A stretch of 64,000 nucleotides of DNA from Blasia pusilla (taxonomy: Eukaryota), in the NCBI GenBank assembly GCA_050084515.1, contig CM114271.1, forward strand, positions 44,578,001 through 44,642,000, in the 5' to 3' direction. A program made the translations under genes and the position numbers. This document shows, one piece after another, positions 13,480-28,500 of this stretch (positions are counted from its first letter, which is position 1; each line of letters opens with the position of its first letter). The notes beneath the pieces were generated by a model. That model was not told the origin of the DNA. It made no database searches and saw nothing but the letters and a program-made list of their open reading frames with translations.

Positions 13480-14819
13480 GGGGCTGGTATTCTGGCAGGA
13501 GAGAGTAAGAGAGGAGAGGAAGAGAGGAGAGTCTCTCTTAAAAAAAAAGGGCCAAATCCGCCTCCTCTCTTCAAAACTTTTTGACATATTTGAGATTTTT
13601 GTTTGCTTTCAAATTCATGAAATCTTTAGAAGAGAGTAGGTAGTGGTCCACATTTGGCCCTAAAGAAACCTCCTTTTTCCAGGGGGCGAAAAACAAATAG
13701 ACATCATAAGACCACTACAAACATTTTTCCATCACTCTCCATGTGAGCCTAAGTTTTTAAACATTGCTTGTCTTGGTCTACAATAAGCAGTGCCCATGGG
13801 TATTTTTGTTGGAGGACCACCCGGATGCGCATCAGTACGATGCCAACCTCTCTTTTTGCAGGGAGTGTTGCTTGCATCATGGCCTTCCCTGAATTGCCTC
13901 ATAACCAAATTTCTGTTGGTTATGAGTGGTGTATGCTCAAGACCAACTTTGTGAAATGTGAACACATGAGACGATAATTGAACCAAAAGATTGTTAGCTG
14001 TCTGGAGTAAAGAGGAAGTGATGTCGCTTCATTCAGATCCTCCCAACCCGTCGGAATTTTACAGGTTGCAACTCTTGGGGGCCTCCAACTCTTGCAACCC
14101 ATCGAAATTTTATAGGTTGCAACTCTTGCAACCCATCGGAATCAGATGGCTTGCACCCCTTGCAAGAAAGCTCACCATAAGAAAGGAAAGATTTCTCAGT
14201 GTGATTCCCTTCCACCCTGCACCCACGAAAATCCAGCGGGTTGGGAATCTAAAATGGCAATCCGACAGGTAGTAGGAATCCTGCACATCTTAGACAAGAA
14301 AAGAAGCCTACAATTGGTTGACGAATGTAGGGGAACCAAACAAAAGTTAAGAAGCCCGCCACAATGTGTCAGAAGTTGGTCTCACAGGGAAAGAGTCCGA
14401 TCACTCAAGCAACCAACTTGTCGGAATCCGACAACTTGCCTGGAAATGGTTAAAAAGTTGCAGTGGGCAAAAAGGTTGAAGTTGCAACCCGTCGGAATCA
14501 TACGGGTTGCAAAATTGTAATTTTGAGTAGCTAAAAGAACACAATCCATAAGTCCAAAAAAACATTTTCCAGCAAACTTTTACAAACATCATTATCGATT
14601 GAAAAAATCTCGTCCTTTATTACCTCCGAAGGAACCTCGGAAATGTACATTTGACCTAGTCTATGATTACTTCAGCCTCGTCATCTACAAATTTACTCCT
14701 AACTCTCCTAGGTTCCTATACAAAAGGAATGTCCTGGGATACAAGTGGCTCCTCTGGCTGATTGTAGACGGGGATCAAAAATATTGGCGAATTCGAGAGG
14801 CTTGGCCCCCCCCCCTAGG

Positions 14820-17621
14820 TAAGACATTCACTGATTTTGGAGAAGGGTCTTCATCACGGATTTGGGATAGGTCCGGGGTCCCTGAATACCTGGGCGGCGT
14901 AATTTCCTCATCCAAATCAATCACCAGATTTGTCCCTCGATGCTGCCTCTTCACCTGCCTGAAGTCAAGATACTTATCAGGTCTCTATGAGTCTCGCTCG
15001 GACTGCTCTACCACCATATGTATGGGACGTCTTGAAACCCCCCCACAAATATCCCCACCTATGTGTACGTCTTGCTCGAGTGGAGTTCCAGCTACGCACC
15101 GGTTGAAGGCTTCGACATACAATTTTTCATCACCAGATCTCACAGCCGCCCTGACATAGAGCTCGTAGATCGACGGCCCTTTTCCTTTTGTTATGCCTTT
15201 TGTGAGAAAGATATGGGTTGCTGCAGACTATTGCATTGCTCTTGCCTGGTCTTGTTGGCATGCCTCCACAAGTGAAATTCGTTGGCATGCTTGTGACGAC
15301 CTCCAAGAGGAATGAACACTTTCTGCTCCACTTGTGTTGGGGCGAGGAGGGCATTTTCATGAACGTTCAATCCCTGCAATGACGGCAATGTTAGAAGGGA
15401 ACGAAAATAACTCAGGAGTCAAAGAAATAAGCGACCTGTCGGAACCAGACGGGTTGCAGGCCCGAGGCATCCCATGAACGACTCTGCGACCCGTCGGGTC
15501 CCGACGTGTTGTAACCTTAAACCCACCTACTGCAACCCGTCGGAACCGGACGGGTTGTAAGGCCGAGGCATCCCATGAACGACTCTGTGACTCGTCGGGT
15601 CCCGAATGGTTGCACACTCGGGACGACACCAAACATCTGGATGCAACCCGTCGGTTTCCGTTGGGTTGCACCCTGGGGCAACCCGTCGGTTTCCGTCGGA
15701 TTGCACACTCGGGCAACCCGTTGGTTTCCGTCGAGTTGCACACTCGGGCAACGCGTCGCATCCGACAACTTGCTTGGTTTCTTGGGTTTGAAATCCATGT
15801 AATTCCCACGCTTCTCACCCTGAGCTACAACTTTACAAACAATTCTCAGCGTGAGTTTGACAAGACAAAATAGTGAACTCACCTGCCGCATGAAGTTTCC
15901 CCATTGTCTCATACGTACAGTCCACCAACTCAACCAAGAGCACAACTCTTTGTACTTCCCCTCAATCGCATGCTTCCTCTACCACCCATGAAGTTCTTCC
16001 TGGCAGTCCATGGCCTGCTTCAAGGTTTTGCTGTCCTTGCAGCGTTGGAGTAGAGTGACATGCTCTGTCCTCTTATTCTCCTTGATGCAAGATTTTGTGT
16101 ACCGGGTCCTGATCGTTGCCAATGGAAAGCATCCGACCTTTTCCTCTCGGTTGAACCTCTCCACCCTGAACACCTCCGGATAGCAATCCACCCAGGTTGT
16201 GCATTGTCCGCCATGAACCCATAAATTTCCGGAGGTGGCCCTTGTTTTCCTTCACCACCTCCAATAAGAGTAACCAAACACATCTTCAAACTGCCAACGT
16301 CTTCTGCCTTTACTTCACACACAAATATAGTTTTGAGTCCCTTCTCCACATGGTCATAAACGTGAGCACCCATTGTCAACCATCCGTTCAGCAGTTTGTA
16401 GCAAATATCAAAGCTTACCCAGCTCCTGTAAAGATCTTCCCCTTCCCTCATTCGATCTATAAGATCGAGGCCACTCGAGGGACATGTGGTTGACATTTTG
16501 AAGACATAGGCCCTGGATCCCTCGCCTCCTTGGCCCATGAACTGCCATCTCTGAATGAATGGAAATCTGGAGTTGGCCTTGATTCTGGGGATGGCATCCA
16601 TTTCGGCCGTCTTTCCATCCAGAACTTGTATCTGACGCAGCAAATTCCGGAAGCATTCAGGATCAGCGAGAAATGCGAGATTTTCCCTAGAGTTGTTTCT
16701 CCTCAACCGCCGTGATCTCGCCCTGTCCAGGGATTCCAAGAAATTGTTCACAAATTTGTGATGCCGTTGTGAGCTTGATCACCCGGGCTTTGAACCGGAG
16801 AGTTTTCAGAGACTCGACAACTTTCTTCGCCACATCCTCCTTGATGTGTCTCTGAATTGCATCGGTCACAGGATGAGTGTGGGCGCCAACATGGACAGCC
16901 AGCCTTGTATACTCTGACGTGGAGCCCAAGTCGTGGACAATGAAAAATATGTATGCATGACACGCTCCAATGCAGAAGGGCGATGCGACAATGAGGACAT
17001 CGATGGCCTCCGCGATATGGTGGCACCGACCTCGTATGGAGTTTCTGCATTCTTGGGAGGGAATTGCGGACGTATTGACTGCTTTGTTGCGCTCTAGATA
17101 CGGGCATCTTTGGACTTCTACACTCCAAGGCTCCCATGCATTGGCGGCGGGAGACAATCCAAGGACCATCGGGATGGAAGCACCTGGTCCGTTGAAGCTT
17201 TGCACCATCGATGACAATCGGACTTTCTGTCCATACCCTTGGCGTCCTCCATCCTTCTTTTGAGCATGAGCGACAAGTGGAGGCAACTCAAAAATGCAAT
17301 TACCATCGTGATGCGTGGGCGGCTTGTCGACAAGAATGCGCTTGAACATTTTCAGGGCAGAGACGAAAGCAAACTATTGCCCGATACTCGCAAGAGAAGA
17401 GCAGTAGGCGGACACAGGGGCCCGATTGGTGTCGGCAAATCCGAGGTTGATAACATCCGAATCTCTTTAGGAAGAACAACATTATTCGAGTGTGCGAAGT
17501 TGAGTCGGCGGATCTGCAGAGCTTGGAGTTGTAAACGAGAGCTCGGAGCACTAGGAAATTCTAGACCGTCTACTTGGGAAACAGACGATTCAGGGGGGGC
17601 CGTAAACTCTGTATTGACCAT
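14820..17621 (-). pseudogene. MULE transposase of the nested copy (heavily frameshifted, SWIM end missing)
   Basis: WVSFDICYK, FMADNA, DAFHW and PNTSGAESVHSSW on the minus strand. Confidence 0.85.
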
Positions 17622-18984
17622 TTGCTAGAGGTAGGAGATTCCATACTTTACGATGTCCGAGGTCACTTTGGCTGGACCGTCTCACCTATTATGTCTTCCG
17701 TACCTTCCACCTAACATCTTTGGATACAAAGATGGTTCCAATTGAAGAAGAAATCGAGCAGATGTAAAATTTTCATCCTTTGCTCTGAAAGACTCACGAG
17801 CTTGGGGTCGAATGATTTCTTATTGAGGAAGGGCCGCATGGATGAGCGCCACAAGTGATCTTAACATAATTATCCATTCCAAGAAGATTCCTACTGGGAG
17901 GAGCGAGAATGAGAATGAGAATGAGAATATTTAATTTATAGTGAATAGGAAACAGATACTCTCGGTGATTTTTTCTTGACAAGATGAATTCGGTGGGGAC
18001 ATTGCGACACAATGGATCCATTCAGAACACATTCAATTCTATTGCAATATGTTACCGGATTTGGGAAGTAGAGGGTTGCGCATCACTTGGAACCCGTCGA
18101 GTCCTGGTAACTCGAAATTACCGAAGCTTATCAAAGCTGGCAACCCGTCGGCATCGGACGGGTTGCATGCTTCTCGCTAAACATTGTCGAAGTGAGCAAC
18201 CCGTCGCTCTCGAAGCGACTTGCGAGATACCGCTCCTTCTTGCTCAAAGATGCCGGAGGCGTGCAAACCGTCATTTCAGCGAGTTCGCGGGTGCCTCGCC
18301 TTTTAGCCCAAAGACGGCGAGGCGTGCAACCCGTCGCCGTCAACGGGTTGCGCAAAGGGCTCGCCTTGTGGTGCGACCAGCCAGACTCCGGCGACTTGCA
18401 TGGGAAGCCATCGTTCCTAACCCTTGATGAGGGAAGCGTGCAACCCAGCGGTCTCGGCGGATTGCCCAAAATACGCCCCGTTCCGTCCCAAGCAGCGCAA
18501 CATGTCGGTCTCCGGCGGGTTGCGCGGTACCTGCGTTCTTTTCCGAAGGCAGCGGGCGCTCAACTGCCGGTCTCGCGGATTGCTCAGCGCGCGTGGCGGC
18601 GTACCAGGATGGCGGAGCCGCGCAACTGTCGACTCCGGCGGGTTGCGATTTTTCACGCCGGACTTCCGTAACATCCGCACGCGTCGCCGTTGAAAGGACG
18701 AGCGGGACCAACGGTCAGCCCAACGGCTAGAAAAGTATAAATAGGGCAGAAATCGCTCATTTCCGGTTTCTCATTTCGCGATCTTCATTCCTCCTCCTCA
18801 CTCACACTCCCGAAAGCGGTGGTGATCGATCTGAAGGGCATTTCACGCGGCGACACATCGCGAGTCGATAGGAGGGAACGAGAGTGAGCGGTTCGACCGG
18901 CGATATCGGGGCGATTCGAGCTAACCATCAAGGCGAGACGAGCTCCCATCTCGACATCAAGCAAAGCGATCGATCAAGGGTTTC

Positions 18985-21900
18985 GTGGACATAGGTGGAG
19001 GCATTTCGGAAAAATGCGAGGAAAAAAACAAGCCAACAAGTCAGGGAGCTTCACTCCCAAGTCCATTAGGACTCTGCGTCGACTTCTCCAGGCCTCGTTC
19101 GGCGAATGAAATTAGGCAGCAGGAAATCGAGGAGCGGGAAAGGGAAGCGGAGATGCACAACCAAGTGCTTACGGCGAGGCGTGTTCAAGCGGCGCAAGAT
19201 AAACAAAACGAAGAGGCCGAGACGTCGCAGGCCTTGAAGAAAAGGATCGCCGACGAAAAGAGAGAAAAGAAGCGTCTGGACGCGTCGGTGAGGAGGGCAA
19301 AATTGGCTAAAGCGAGGCGGGAAAAAGCGATAGCCATTGACGATAGCCCAGCCCATCCAACCGCAAGTGTTGAGATGCGGGAAATGTCCCCCATGAAGTC
19401 GGGGACACAATCAACATAGTGGAAACAACACCGATTCAAATCGATGACAGCGAGGTCATGAGGACCGCCAGCGTGGAGATGGTGGACATGGCCGAAGAAG
19501 CCGGAGAGCGGTCATTCTCGATTCCAAGCCCGGCGGAGGACATCGACCTCTATCGGATCGATGAGTTCCCAGTCGATTTGCCAGCCCCTGTCTCAGACAA
19601 GTTAGCTGGTCAAGAAACCGACTCCATTGGAGGCACATTTCTGCGTGAAGGCAGTGGTCCTTCATCCATACCCTCATCACATGGCGACGGTGGAGATGGC
19701 AATGCATGCCATGAACACGTGAGTATCTTTAACACTTTCGCAACTCGTCGGACTCGGCGGTTGCTCGATTGATGAATGGGTTAGGTTTGTTTAGGCAGAA
19801 AGCAACTCGTCGGACTCCGACGGGTTGCTAGACTGCACGCTTTTCCGGATGTTTTTTTAAGATTGCAACTCGTCGGACTCTGACGACTTGTTTGATGGAA
19901 CATAGATTTAACTAGTTTTTGGCCCAAAGCAAACCCCGTGAGTCCGATGGGTTGCTCGACAAAGTCCCTTGTGAGGATGTTTTTGAAGTGCAACTCGTCG
20001 GACTCCGGCGAGTTGCAATCTTAAAAAACATCCAAAAACGTCGATCCGCAACCCGTCGGAGTCGGCGAGTTGCTTACCTCGATTAGCAAATCTGAATGCA
20101 AACCGTCGGACTCCACGGGTTGCATCATTTAGCTTGTTGCTAGAATCCGACCCTGGGCGGCGACCCGTCGGAGTCCGGCGGGTTCAGGAACCCATGTAAT
20201 TTCCTGACGGGTTGAGTTTGGATGTGCACGATTGTATCGGAGGGGAATGTCACCCACCATTGGATCGGGCTGCGATCGGGTGAGGAAGGTGCTTACGACG
20301 CACCGGAGAAATCTGAGGGGTTCTTGGCGTGCCCTCGTCAATCAGATGCTTGCAAAGGGTGCTCAGTTAAGAAGAAAACTTGGGCAAACAAGTTTATTTC
20401 TCAAGATCTGCCCGTAACCATCCTTTCTTTGGTCGAAGATCAGGCCGCGAAGAAAAGCGCAGACCGGAGCCGAGCGGATGGAGAAGGTATCTGCGTCTGG
20501 CGCGTAAATTCATCAAGCTGTTGTATCTGCTGCAACGAAATACACTGGCGAGCAAGATGCAGCGATACATCAACATTCTCAACCCCGATCTTGGTGGGAG
20601 TTCTACAAGGAGCTCAAGGCGATTATCAAGCGTCGGCGGAAGAGGGATGAAGATCCGCATGGTCGGATTGGGGAGAAAGTGTCGCTGGATCGCGTGCATC
20701 GTTTTGGCGTTATCCGGGATTAGCGAGTTCAGGAGGATACAAGGCGATGAAAATCAGTCTCGAGGGCTCAGAGGCCGGAAGAGGGCGACACACCATCCCT
20801 GGGTGTGTCCGATCGATGATCTCGCATTGGCTACGCAAATGGTCGTTCGGGACGCGTTGCGGTAATCGGGAAGTCCGTCTTTGGGACGGTGCATAGCGGA
20901 GCTCGAGAAGATTAGAGCCCATTCCGGAAGCAAACCTTGAAAGTTCGGAGATTACGAGGTTTGGCTCGAAGACATCGAGGACAAGCCAACCAAGAACCCC
21001 GGATTCAAGACCATGTTCAAGGTTTGCGTCCTCCTCAGCGAGCTTGACGAAGAAGTAGAGGGTAACAAATGGGATCAGCGAAGAAGAAGCGAGATCTACA
21101 GAGCGGACGGACTGATAATGTTCGACTAAAAGCGCCCAACGGATGGTATTCGGTACCTCGTCTAGTGTAAGAACGCAGTGCGTGGGAAAATTACCGGTAG
21201 CCTTGAAATTGTGGGCCGCGGCCCGGATGCGAGAGACATTCTCCATATCGGACGTGGAGATGGCCACAAGACATGTCGGATTGGGAGGTGGAGAATTGCC
21301 CCATTTGGCTCGACTTCAACGACCTGAAGACATCACGGATAAGGACTTACGAGTGCTTCATGATGCACGATGGCCTCAGGACAAGACGACATCCCCAATT
21401 TCGTCGGCACCAAGACTTCTTCGGAGGAGATGCTGAAGAGCAGCCCACGAGGCAGTTGAGTTGGCTTCCAAGGTCCGGACAGCCAAAGACAAATCCACAG
21501 TGGGTCTCAAAGGCAAGGCGAGGGGAGGGAAAAATTCAGAGGCCGAGACTTCCCAAAGAGAGCTGAAGATGAGAGGCAGAGGCGGAATCGTCCCGGACGA
21601 GCGGGGAGAGAGGGTCGGACAGGTCCTCGGCGAAGAAAACGCCACGAATCCGAGGTCATAGAAACCCGACAAGCCGTCCCAGACTAGGAGAAGCGGAAGC
21701 GAGAGGTGCGGGTTGTCCCAAGGAGAATACAACCCATCATCCTTGGGAAGACACAGGACAAACAACGACCGGACAAGCGTCCTCCTTCAATTCACCTCTT
21801 TCTTTGGATGAGTGAAAGCGACTTTGGTTCTCAGCGTCGACAAGCGCCATCGAAAAATTGACAACGCGGGACGGAAGCTCCAACAAAACGGCACGCTGCC

Positions 21901-23170
21901 TGGGCGGTGAATGGAGTGGTGGAAGAGGTTGTGGTGTATCTCTTGATCGCCGATCTGCCCTCGGGGTTGCGACTTTGGGGCTTAAAATCCGCGGACGAGG
22001 TACATGAGTGGAATGCCGCTCACTTATGACCAGATTGCACTTTTGTTCTCCTTTGCGCGCCTATCTCCCGAGTGTGGGGCTGCTTCTTGGTTGTTGACCG
22101 GAGGGAGCGAGGCGAGCTCTTCAACCTCGGTCGTCAAGAGGTCGCAAAAGTGGAGGACGACACAATCGTGGATCATAAAAAACGAGTACCCACTCCGATC
22201 CGCGACGAGTCAGATTCGGGTAAGGCTCAATTCATGTACAATACTTTCAATTATCTTATAATGATGTGTAGAATGAGAGTCAATCTGGGTTTTTTTTGTC
22301 CGTGAGCAACCCGTCGGAAGGCGACGGGTTGCAAGCTTAGAGCAGCCCATGCTTGGCTGAGAGCAACCCGTCGGTTTCCGACGGGTTGCGCGATTGATTT
22401 TGGTTTTTGGATGCAACCCGTCTAATAGCAACGGGTTGCTATCAGACGGGTTGCTCTCAGGCAAGCATGGGCTGGTCTAGGCCAGCAACCCGTCGCCTTC
22501 CGACGGGTTGCATCCGAAAACCAAAATCAACTTGGAAAACCCAAAAGCAACCGCAACCCGTCGGGTTCCGGCCGGGTTGGTCCGGACAAAACAACCCGTC
22601 GGACTCAAACAAGAGTTGATCCAAAGTCGATTATTGAAAATCTTCTCAAAGCGACTTCTTTAGTTTCGACATTGTTTCGTCTTTGATTCTGGATGGACCA
22701 CTCCTACATGTCTTTGCCGTTCGCCCGAGCACAATTTTCAGGTGTTCAAGATCCAAGATCTTGTGGATCCATGCTTAGATGGGTACAACTTAGATTTTTG
22801 TACAATTCCCGGAATTTACATGCAAGACGATACCGCTTCGGGAGGAAGGAAAAGTCGCCGACCGATGCAACGCTCATCGAGCTGCTCAAGGCCGGGTGAC
22901 TTGGTGTTCGATTTAGTGGGCCTTTCGGGGCGAGTATCGAGGCGCTGGCAAAGTGGCAGGAACATTCTCCGCCTCGAGGAAGGCAGGCTGTTTGACCTTT
23001 GCAAGCGAGGCAAAGGCATAATACAAAAGACTCGTTGGGCGTACAACTCTCCACCGAAGCCGAGCTCGGTTCTAGAGCCACCCTTGGTAGTGACTCCATC
23101 GTCACTTCCAACGATTCCCAAAATCGGAGGGCAAGGCGAAAGTGATTTTGCAAGAGCTCTCGGACGATGA
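18985..23170 (+). pseudogene. Cargo gene of the nested copy: coiled-coil N-terminus, ParB segment deleted, beta-class amino-MTase-like C-terminus
   Basis: LLIADLPSG lies at ~21940-21965. At ~22830-22985 it reads YRFGRKEKSP..MQ.LIELL.RPGDLVFDLVGLSG....SGRNIL.LE across frameshifts. This follows the N6_N4_Mtase pattern KP..L...LI....GD.VLDPF.GSG....GR..IG.E. Confidence 0.7.
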
Positions 23171-25599
23171 CGAGTGAGTTCAAAGAACTCAACGACCGCT
23201 TTGATCGCAGCGTTTGGAGTAGGGAGTTTTTGATAATTTGGCAAAAGATTTCATAGAATAGATCAAATGTACAATTCCGAGCTTTTTTTGGATGATATAA
23301 AGCAGAAGATTTTTTCGATCGATGGTGGTGCTTGTAAATGTTTGCTGATCATTTTTCTTTTCGAATGAGATCGTCTATGTACTTCACGGACTTCTACTTT
23401 GCAACCCATCGGATTTCTCCGCTTGCAACTTTCACTTTATGACCATCGCAACCCGGATTTCTCCTCCTTGCAACTTTTCGCTTTTTTGACCATCTTGCAC
23501 CCTTTTACCACCTCCAGGCAACATGCGATTCGCAGGTTTCTGATCGGACCCTTTCCTGTTGGTCCAACTTTAGAGGGAGTCTGGCGGGCTTCTTCCTTGG
23601 CACCTTCCCCTCAACTCGTAAAGGCATCGAGGCTTCTTTTCTTCTCGAGGCGTGTTGGATTCCTTCTACTGTGCGGTTGCCATAGTGGTATTATCGGGAC
23701 GGAGCGGATATTGATCTTTGGATGGGTGTCACATTGCATTCGGAGCGTACAAGGTATATTGCCGAGGAAGGCGGTGGGACTCGAGCAGGTTACATGGGAC
23801 CGTTATGGTGTACCTAGGGGGGCCAAGGCTCGAGTCGCCAACATTTTCGATCCCCGTCTACAATCGGCCGGAGGAGCCACTTGAATCCCAAGACATTCCT
23901 TTGTACGCATCACCGAGGAGAGTTAGGAGTAAATTTGTAGATGACGAGGTGAAGAAATCATAGACTAGGTGAAATGTACATTTCCGAGGTTCCTTCGGAG
24001 GTAATAAAGGACGAGATTTTTTCAACCCATAATGGTGTTTGAAAAAGTTTTCTGGAATATGTTTTTGGACTTGTGGATTGTGTTCTTTTAGCTACTCAGA
24101 ATTACAATTCTGCAACCCGTATGATTCGACTTTTTGCTTTTTGCCCATCGCAACTTTTTAACCATTTCGGCAACCTCTCGGATTCAGCGGGTTGACTGCT
24201 AGAGTGATCGGACTCTATCCCGGTGAGACCAACTTCTTGCGCATTGTGGCGGGCTGCTTGACTTTTGGCTCGTTCCCCTTCATTCGTCCAACCAGTTGTA
24301 GGCTTCTTTGCTTGTCTAAGATGTGCAGGATTCCTACTACCTGTCGGATTGCCATTTTGGATTCCCAACCCGTTAGATCGTCGTGGGTGCAGGGTGGAAG
24401 AAAATCACTTCTAAAAATCTTTCCTTTTCTTATGGTGAGCTTTCTTATGGGATGGGAGGGGTGCAGCTTCTCGGTTTCTTAGCCTAAGGATCTGATTTGT
24501 TCACATTTCAGAAAGTTGGCCTTGAGCAGATACCAATCATAACCGACAGAAAGTTGGTCTTGGGGCAATTTAGGGGAGGCCATGATGCAGGCAACAATCC
24601 CTGCAAAAAGAGAGGTACCCATCCGGGTGGTCCTCCAACAAAAATACCAAGGGTACTGCTTTTTGTTGACCGAGACAGGGAATGTTAAGAAACTTAGGCT
24701 CACATGGAGAGTGATGGAAAAATGTTTAGGGTGGTCTTATGATGTCTCCTTTTTTCTCGCCCCCAGGAAAGAGGAGGTTTTTTTAGGGCCAAATGTGGAC
24801 CATTAAATACTCTCTTCTAAAGATTTCCTGAATTTGAAAGCAAACAAAAATTTCAAATATGTCAAAAAGTTTTGAAGAGAGGAGGCGGATTTGGCCTTTT
24901 TTTTTGAAGAGAGACTCTCCTCTCTTCCTCTCTTCCTCTCCTCTCTTACTCTCTCCTGTCAGAATACCAGCCCCCCTAGGTACACCATAACGGTCCCATG
25001 TTACCTGATTTGAGTCCCACCGCCTTCCTTGGCAGTATATCTTGTACGCTCTGCAATGTGACACCCATCTAGTATCAATATGTGCTCCGTCCTTGGTAAT
25101 ACCATGATGGCAATCCCACACGCAGTAGGAATCCAACACGTCTAAGAGAAGAAAAGAAGCCTACGCCTTCTTTTACGATACTAGGGGAAGGTGCCAAAGT
25201 GAAGAAGCCGGCCAGACTGCCTCTTAAGTTGGACCAACAGGGAAAGACCCTGGAAGTGGTTTAAAAGGTGCAGTGGTCAAAAAGTGAAAAGTTGCAAGCC
25301 GTGGAAATCCGACGAGTTGCAAAATAGAAGTCCGCGGAGTACATATATGATCAACCCGTCGGAAGGCGACGGGCACAGGGAAAACGCATTACCACATGCA
25401 ACCCATCGGAACCCGACGGGTTGCAGTTGCTTATGGTTTTTCCCTGTGGTTCCGGAAAGCTGCAACCCGTCGGAAAGCGACGGGTTGCTCTCAGCCAAGC
25501 ATGGGCTGCTCTAAGCCAACAACATGTCGCCTTCCGATGGGTTGCTCACGGACAAAAACAACGTCGGAGATATACAATCTGGAGACATGAATAGAGCCT

Positions 25600-28500
25600 T
25601 ACCCAAATTTGACTCGTCGCGGATCGAAGTGGGTACTCGTTCTTGATGATCCACGATTGCGCCGTCCTCCACTTCAGCGACCTCTTGACGCACTGGAGGT
25701 TGAAAAGCTTGTCCTCGCTCCCTCGTGTCAAAACTAAGAAGCATCCCCTGTCACTCAGATAAGCGTCTGCAAAGGAAAACAGGAGCGCGATCTGGTCATA
25801 AGAAAGGGGAACATTCCAGTCTAGGACCCCGTCCGACGGATTCTCGTCCCACAATCACAACCCCGAGGGCAAATCAGCGATCAATAGATCCACCGCCACT
25901 TGTTCGACCACTCCATTGACCTTCCAAGGAGCGTGCCCGTTTCGTTGAAGCTTCCGTCCCAGCGTTGTCAATTTATCAATGGCAGGTGTCGACGCTTGAG
26001 AACTGAAACTTTTCAGCTCATCCAGTAAATTTGTGAACTGAAGGAGGACGCTTGTCCGGGTCGTTGTTTCTCTATGTCTTCCCAAGGATGATGGAGTGTA
26101 TTCTCCTTGGGACAACCCTGGCGCCTCTCGCTTCCGCTTCTCTCGAGTCTGCGGTCGGCTTGTCGGGGTCTCTATGACCTCAGACTCTAGTGGGGTTTTT
26201 TTTGCGGAGGACCTGGTCCGACCCTCTCTCCCCGCTTGCCCGGATGATTCCGGCTCTAGCCTTGAATCTTCAGCCTCTCTGTGGGAAGACTCGGCCTCGG
26301 AATTCTTCGCTCCCCTCGCCTTGCCTTTGAGACCCGCTGTGGATTTGTCTTTGGCTATGTGGACCTTGGAAGCAACTCCGTTGTCTCGAGGGCTTGCTCT
26401 TCCACATCTCCTTTGAAAAAGTCTTCAGGTTGCACAAAATTGGGGATGTCGTCCCGTCTTGCGGCCACTGCATCATGAAGCACGTGTAAATCTTTCTCGG
26501 TAATGTCCTCAGGGTCGTTGAAGTCCAGCCAAATCGGGCAATTCTCCACCTCCCAATCGGACATGCGCCGAGCCATCTCCGTGTCGTACATGGAGAATGT
26601 CTCTCCATCGGGCGGAGAAGCCCACAATTTGCAGGCTGCCAGTATTTTTTCCCAAGTACCTGCATTCTTACAATGGGCGAGGTACCTGAACACCATCCGT
26701 TGGGCAGCTCTTAGTCGAACTGAATCGGCCGCCTGCTCCTGAAGATCTCGCTTCTTCTTTGCGAGATCCCTTTTGTTCCCCTCGATTTCTTCGCCAAGGT
26801 CTGCCTGAGGGAGGATGCAATCCTTGAACATCGTCTTGAAACCTGGGTTTTTGATGGGCTTGTCCCGGATGTCATCGAGCCAAAGTTCGAAATCTACAGC
26901 ACTTTCTAGGTTTGCTTCATCGGGAATGGGCTATATTCTTTTGAGTTCCACTTGGAGACCGTCCAGTATGGACTTCCCAAGAAGCCACAACGCGTCCCAG
27001 AACGACCATTCGCGGAGCGAGTGGGAGATCACTTGATCAGAGACACCCAGAGGATGGTGTGCCGCCCTCTTTTGGGCCTCGGTTCCCTCGAGACTCATTT
27101 TCATCAGTCGAATTCTCCTAAATTCGCTTATTCCAGACAACGCAAATCAATGCACGCGATCGAGAGACACTTTCTCCCCAATCCAACCTTGCGGATCTTC
27201 ATCCCTTTTCCGTTGGCACTTGATAATCGCCTTCAGCTCCTTGTAAAACTCCGGACCAAGGTCGGGGTTGAGAATGGCGATGTAGCGCTGCATCTTGCTT
27301 GCCGTGTACTTCGTAGGTGCAGATACTGCAACTTGGATGAATTTTGCATGCTCAGACACAGATACTTTCTCCCTCCGCTCCAACTCCAATGCAGCGCTCT
27401 TCTTCGCGGCCTATATCTTCAACCAGCAAAGGATTGTGACGGCTGCATCTTGGGAAATAAACTTATTTGCCCAAGTCTTCTTTTTGATTTGTGCACCCTT
27501 TGCCAAAGATTCGATTTACGGGCGTCGCCAAAAACCCTTGTACTCTGCCAAAGTGCGTCGTAAGCACTTTCTTCACCCGATCGCAATCCTGGATCCAGTG
27601 GTGGGTGACATTCCCCTCCGATACAATCCTGCACATCCAAACTCAATATAAGAAATTTTGTAAGGTACATGGGTTCCTGCAACCCGTCGGACTCCGACAG
27701 GTCGTCATAGCTCAAGGTCGGATTCTAGCAACGAGCTAAATTATGCAACCCATCGGAGTCCAACGGATTGCATTCAGATTCATGATTGCCTGGTTTCAAC
27801 CCGTCGGACTCCGACGGATTGTCAGATAGTCCATATCAAAAGTGAACATAGCAACCCGTCAGAGTCCGACAGGTTGCGCAATTGCAATGAAAGCTGCAAT
27901 TTAACGCGAAAAATGTAGCTTCCAACTTCCGAATGCAACTTGTCGGACTAAGACGAGTTGCTTTCGCCCAAAAACATCAAAAAACCTCCAAAAATAGCTT
28001 CGAGTCAAGCAACCCGTCGGACTCCACGAGTTGCTTTGGGCCAAAATCATACTAAACCTATGGTCAGTCGAATAACTCGTCGGAGTCCGATGAGTTGCTT
28101 TCTTCAAAAAACATTCAAAAAATGCGGCGAGTCGAGCAACTCGTCAGACTCCGACGAGTTGCTTTCTTCAAAATACATCCAAAGAATGCGGCCTATCGAG
28201 CAATTTGTCGGACTCCGACGAGTTGCTTTGGGCCAAAAACATACTAAACCTGTGGTCAGTCGAACAACTCATTGGACTGCAATGAGTTGCTTTCGGCCAA
28301 AAACATCCTAACCCATTCATCAATCGAGCAACTCGTCGGAGTTCAAAGAGTTTTGTTTGGCCAAAAACATCCCAAAAATAGTGGCGACTCAAACAACTTG
28401 TTGGAGTCCGACGGTTTGCAGCAAGAAGAAACTTACCTGTTCATGGCATGCATGGCCATCTCCACGGTCACCATGTAATGAGGGTATGGATGAAGGACCA

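Larger units (their letters stand above)
14820..24974 (-). mobile_element. Nested inverted copy of the same MULE, right end deleted
   Basis: The family left end appears in reverse at ~24905-24974 (...CAGAATACCAGCCCC). CCTAGGTA occurs at both junctions (14814-14821 and 24975-24982). The outer element resumes at 24975, as in the uninterrupted copy at ~40320. Confidence 0.9.
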
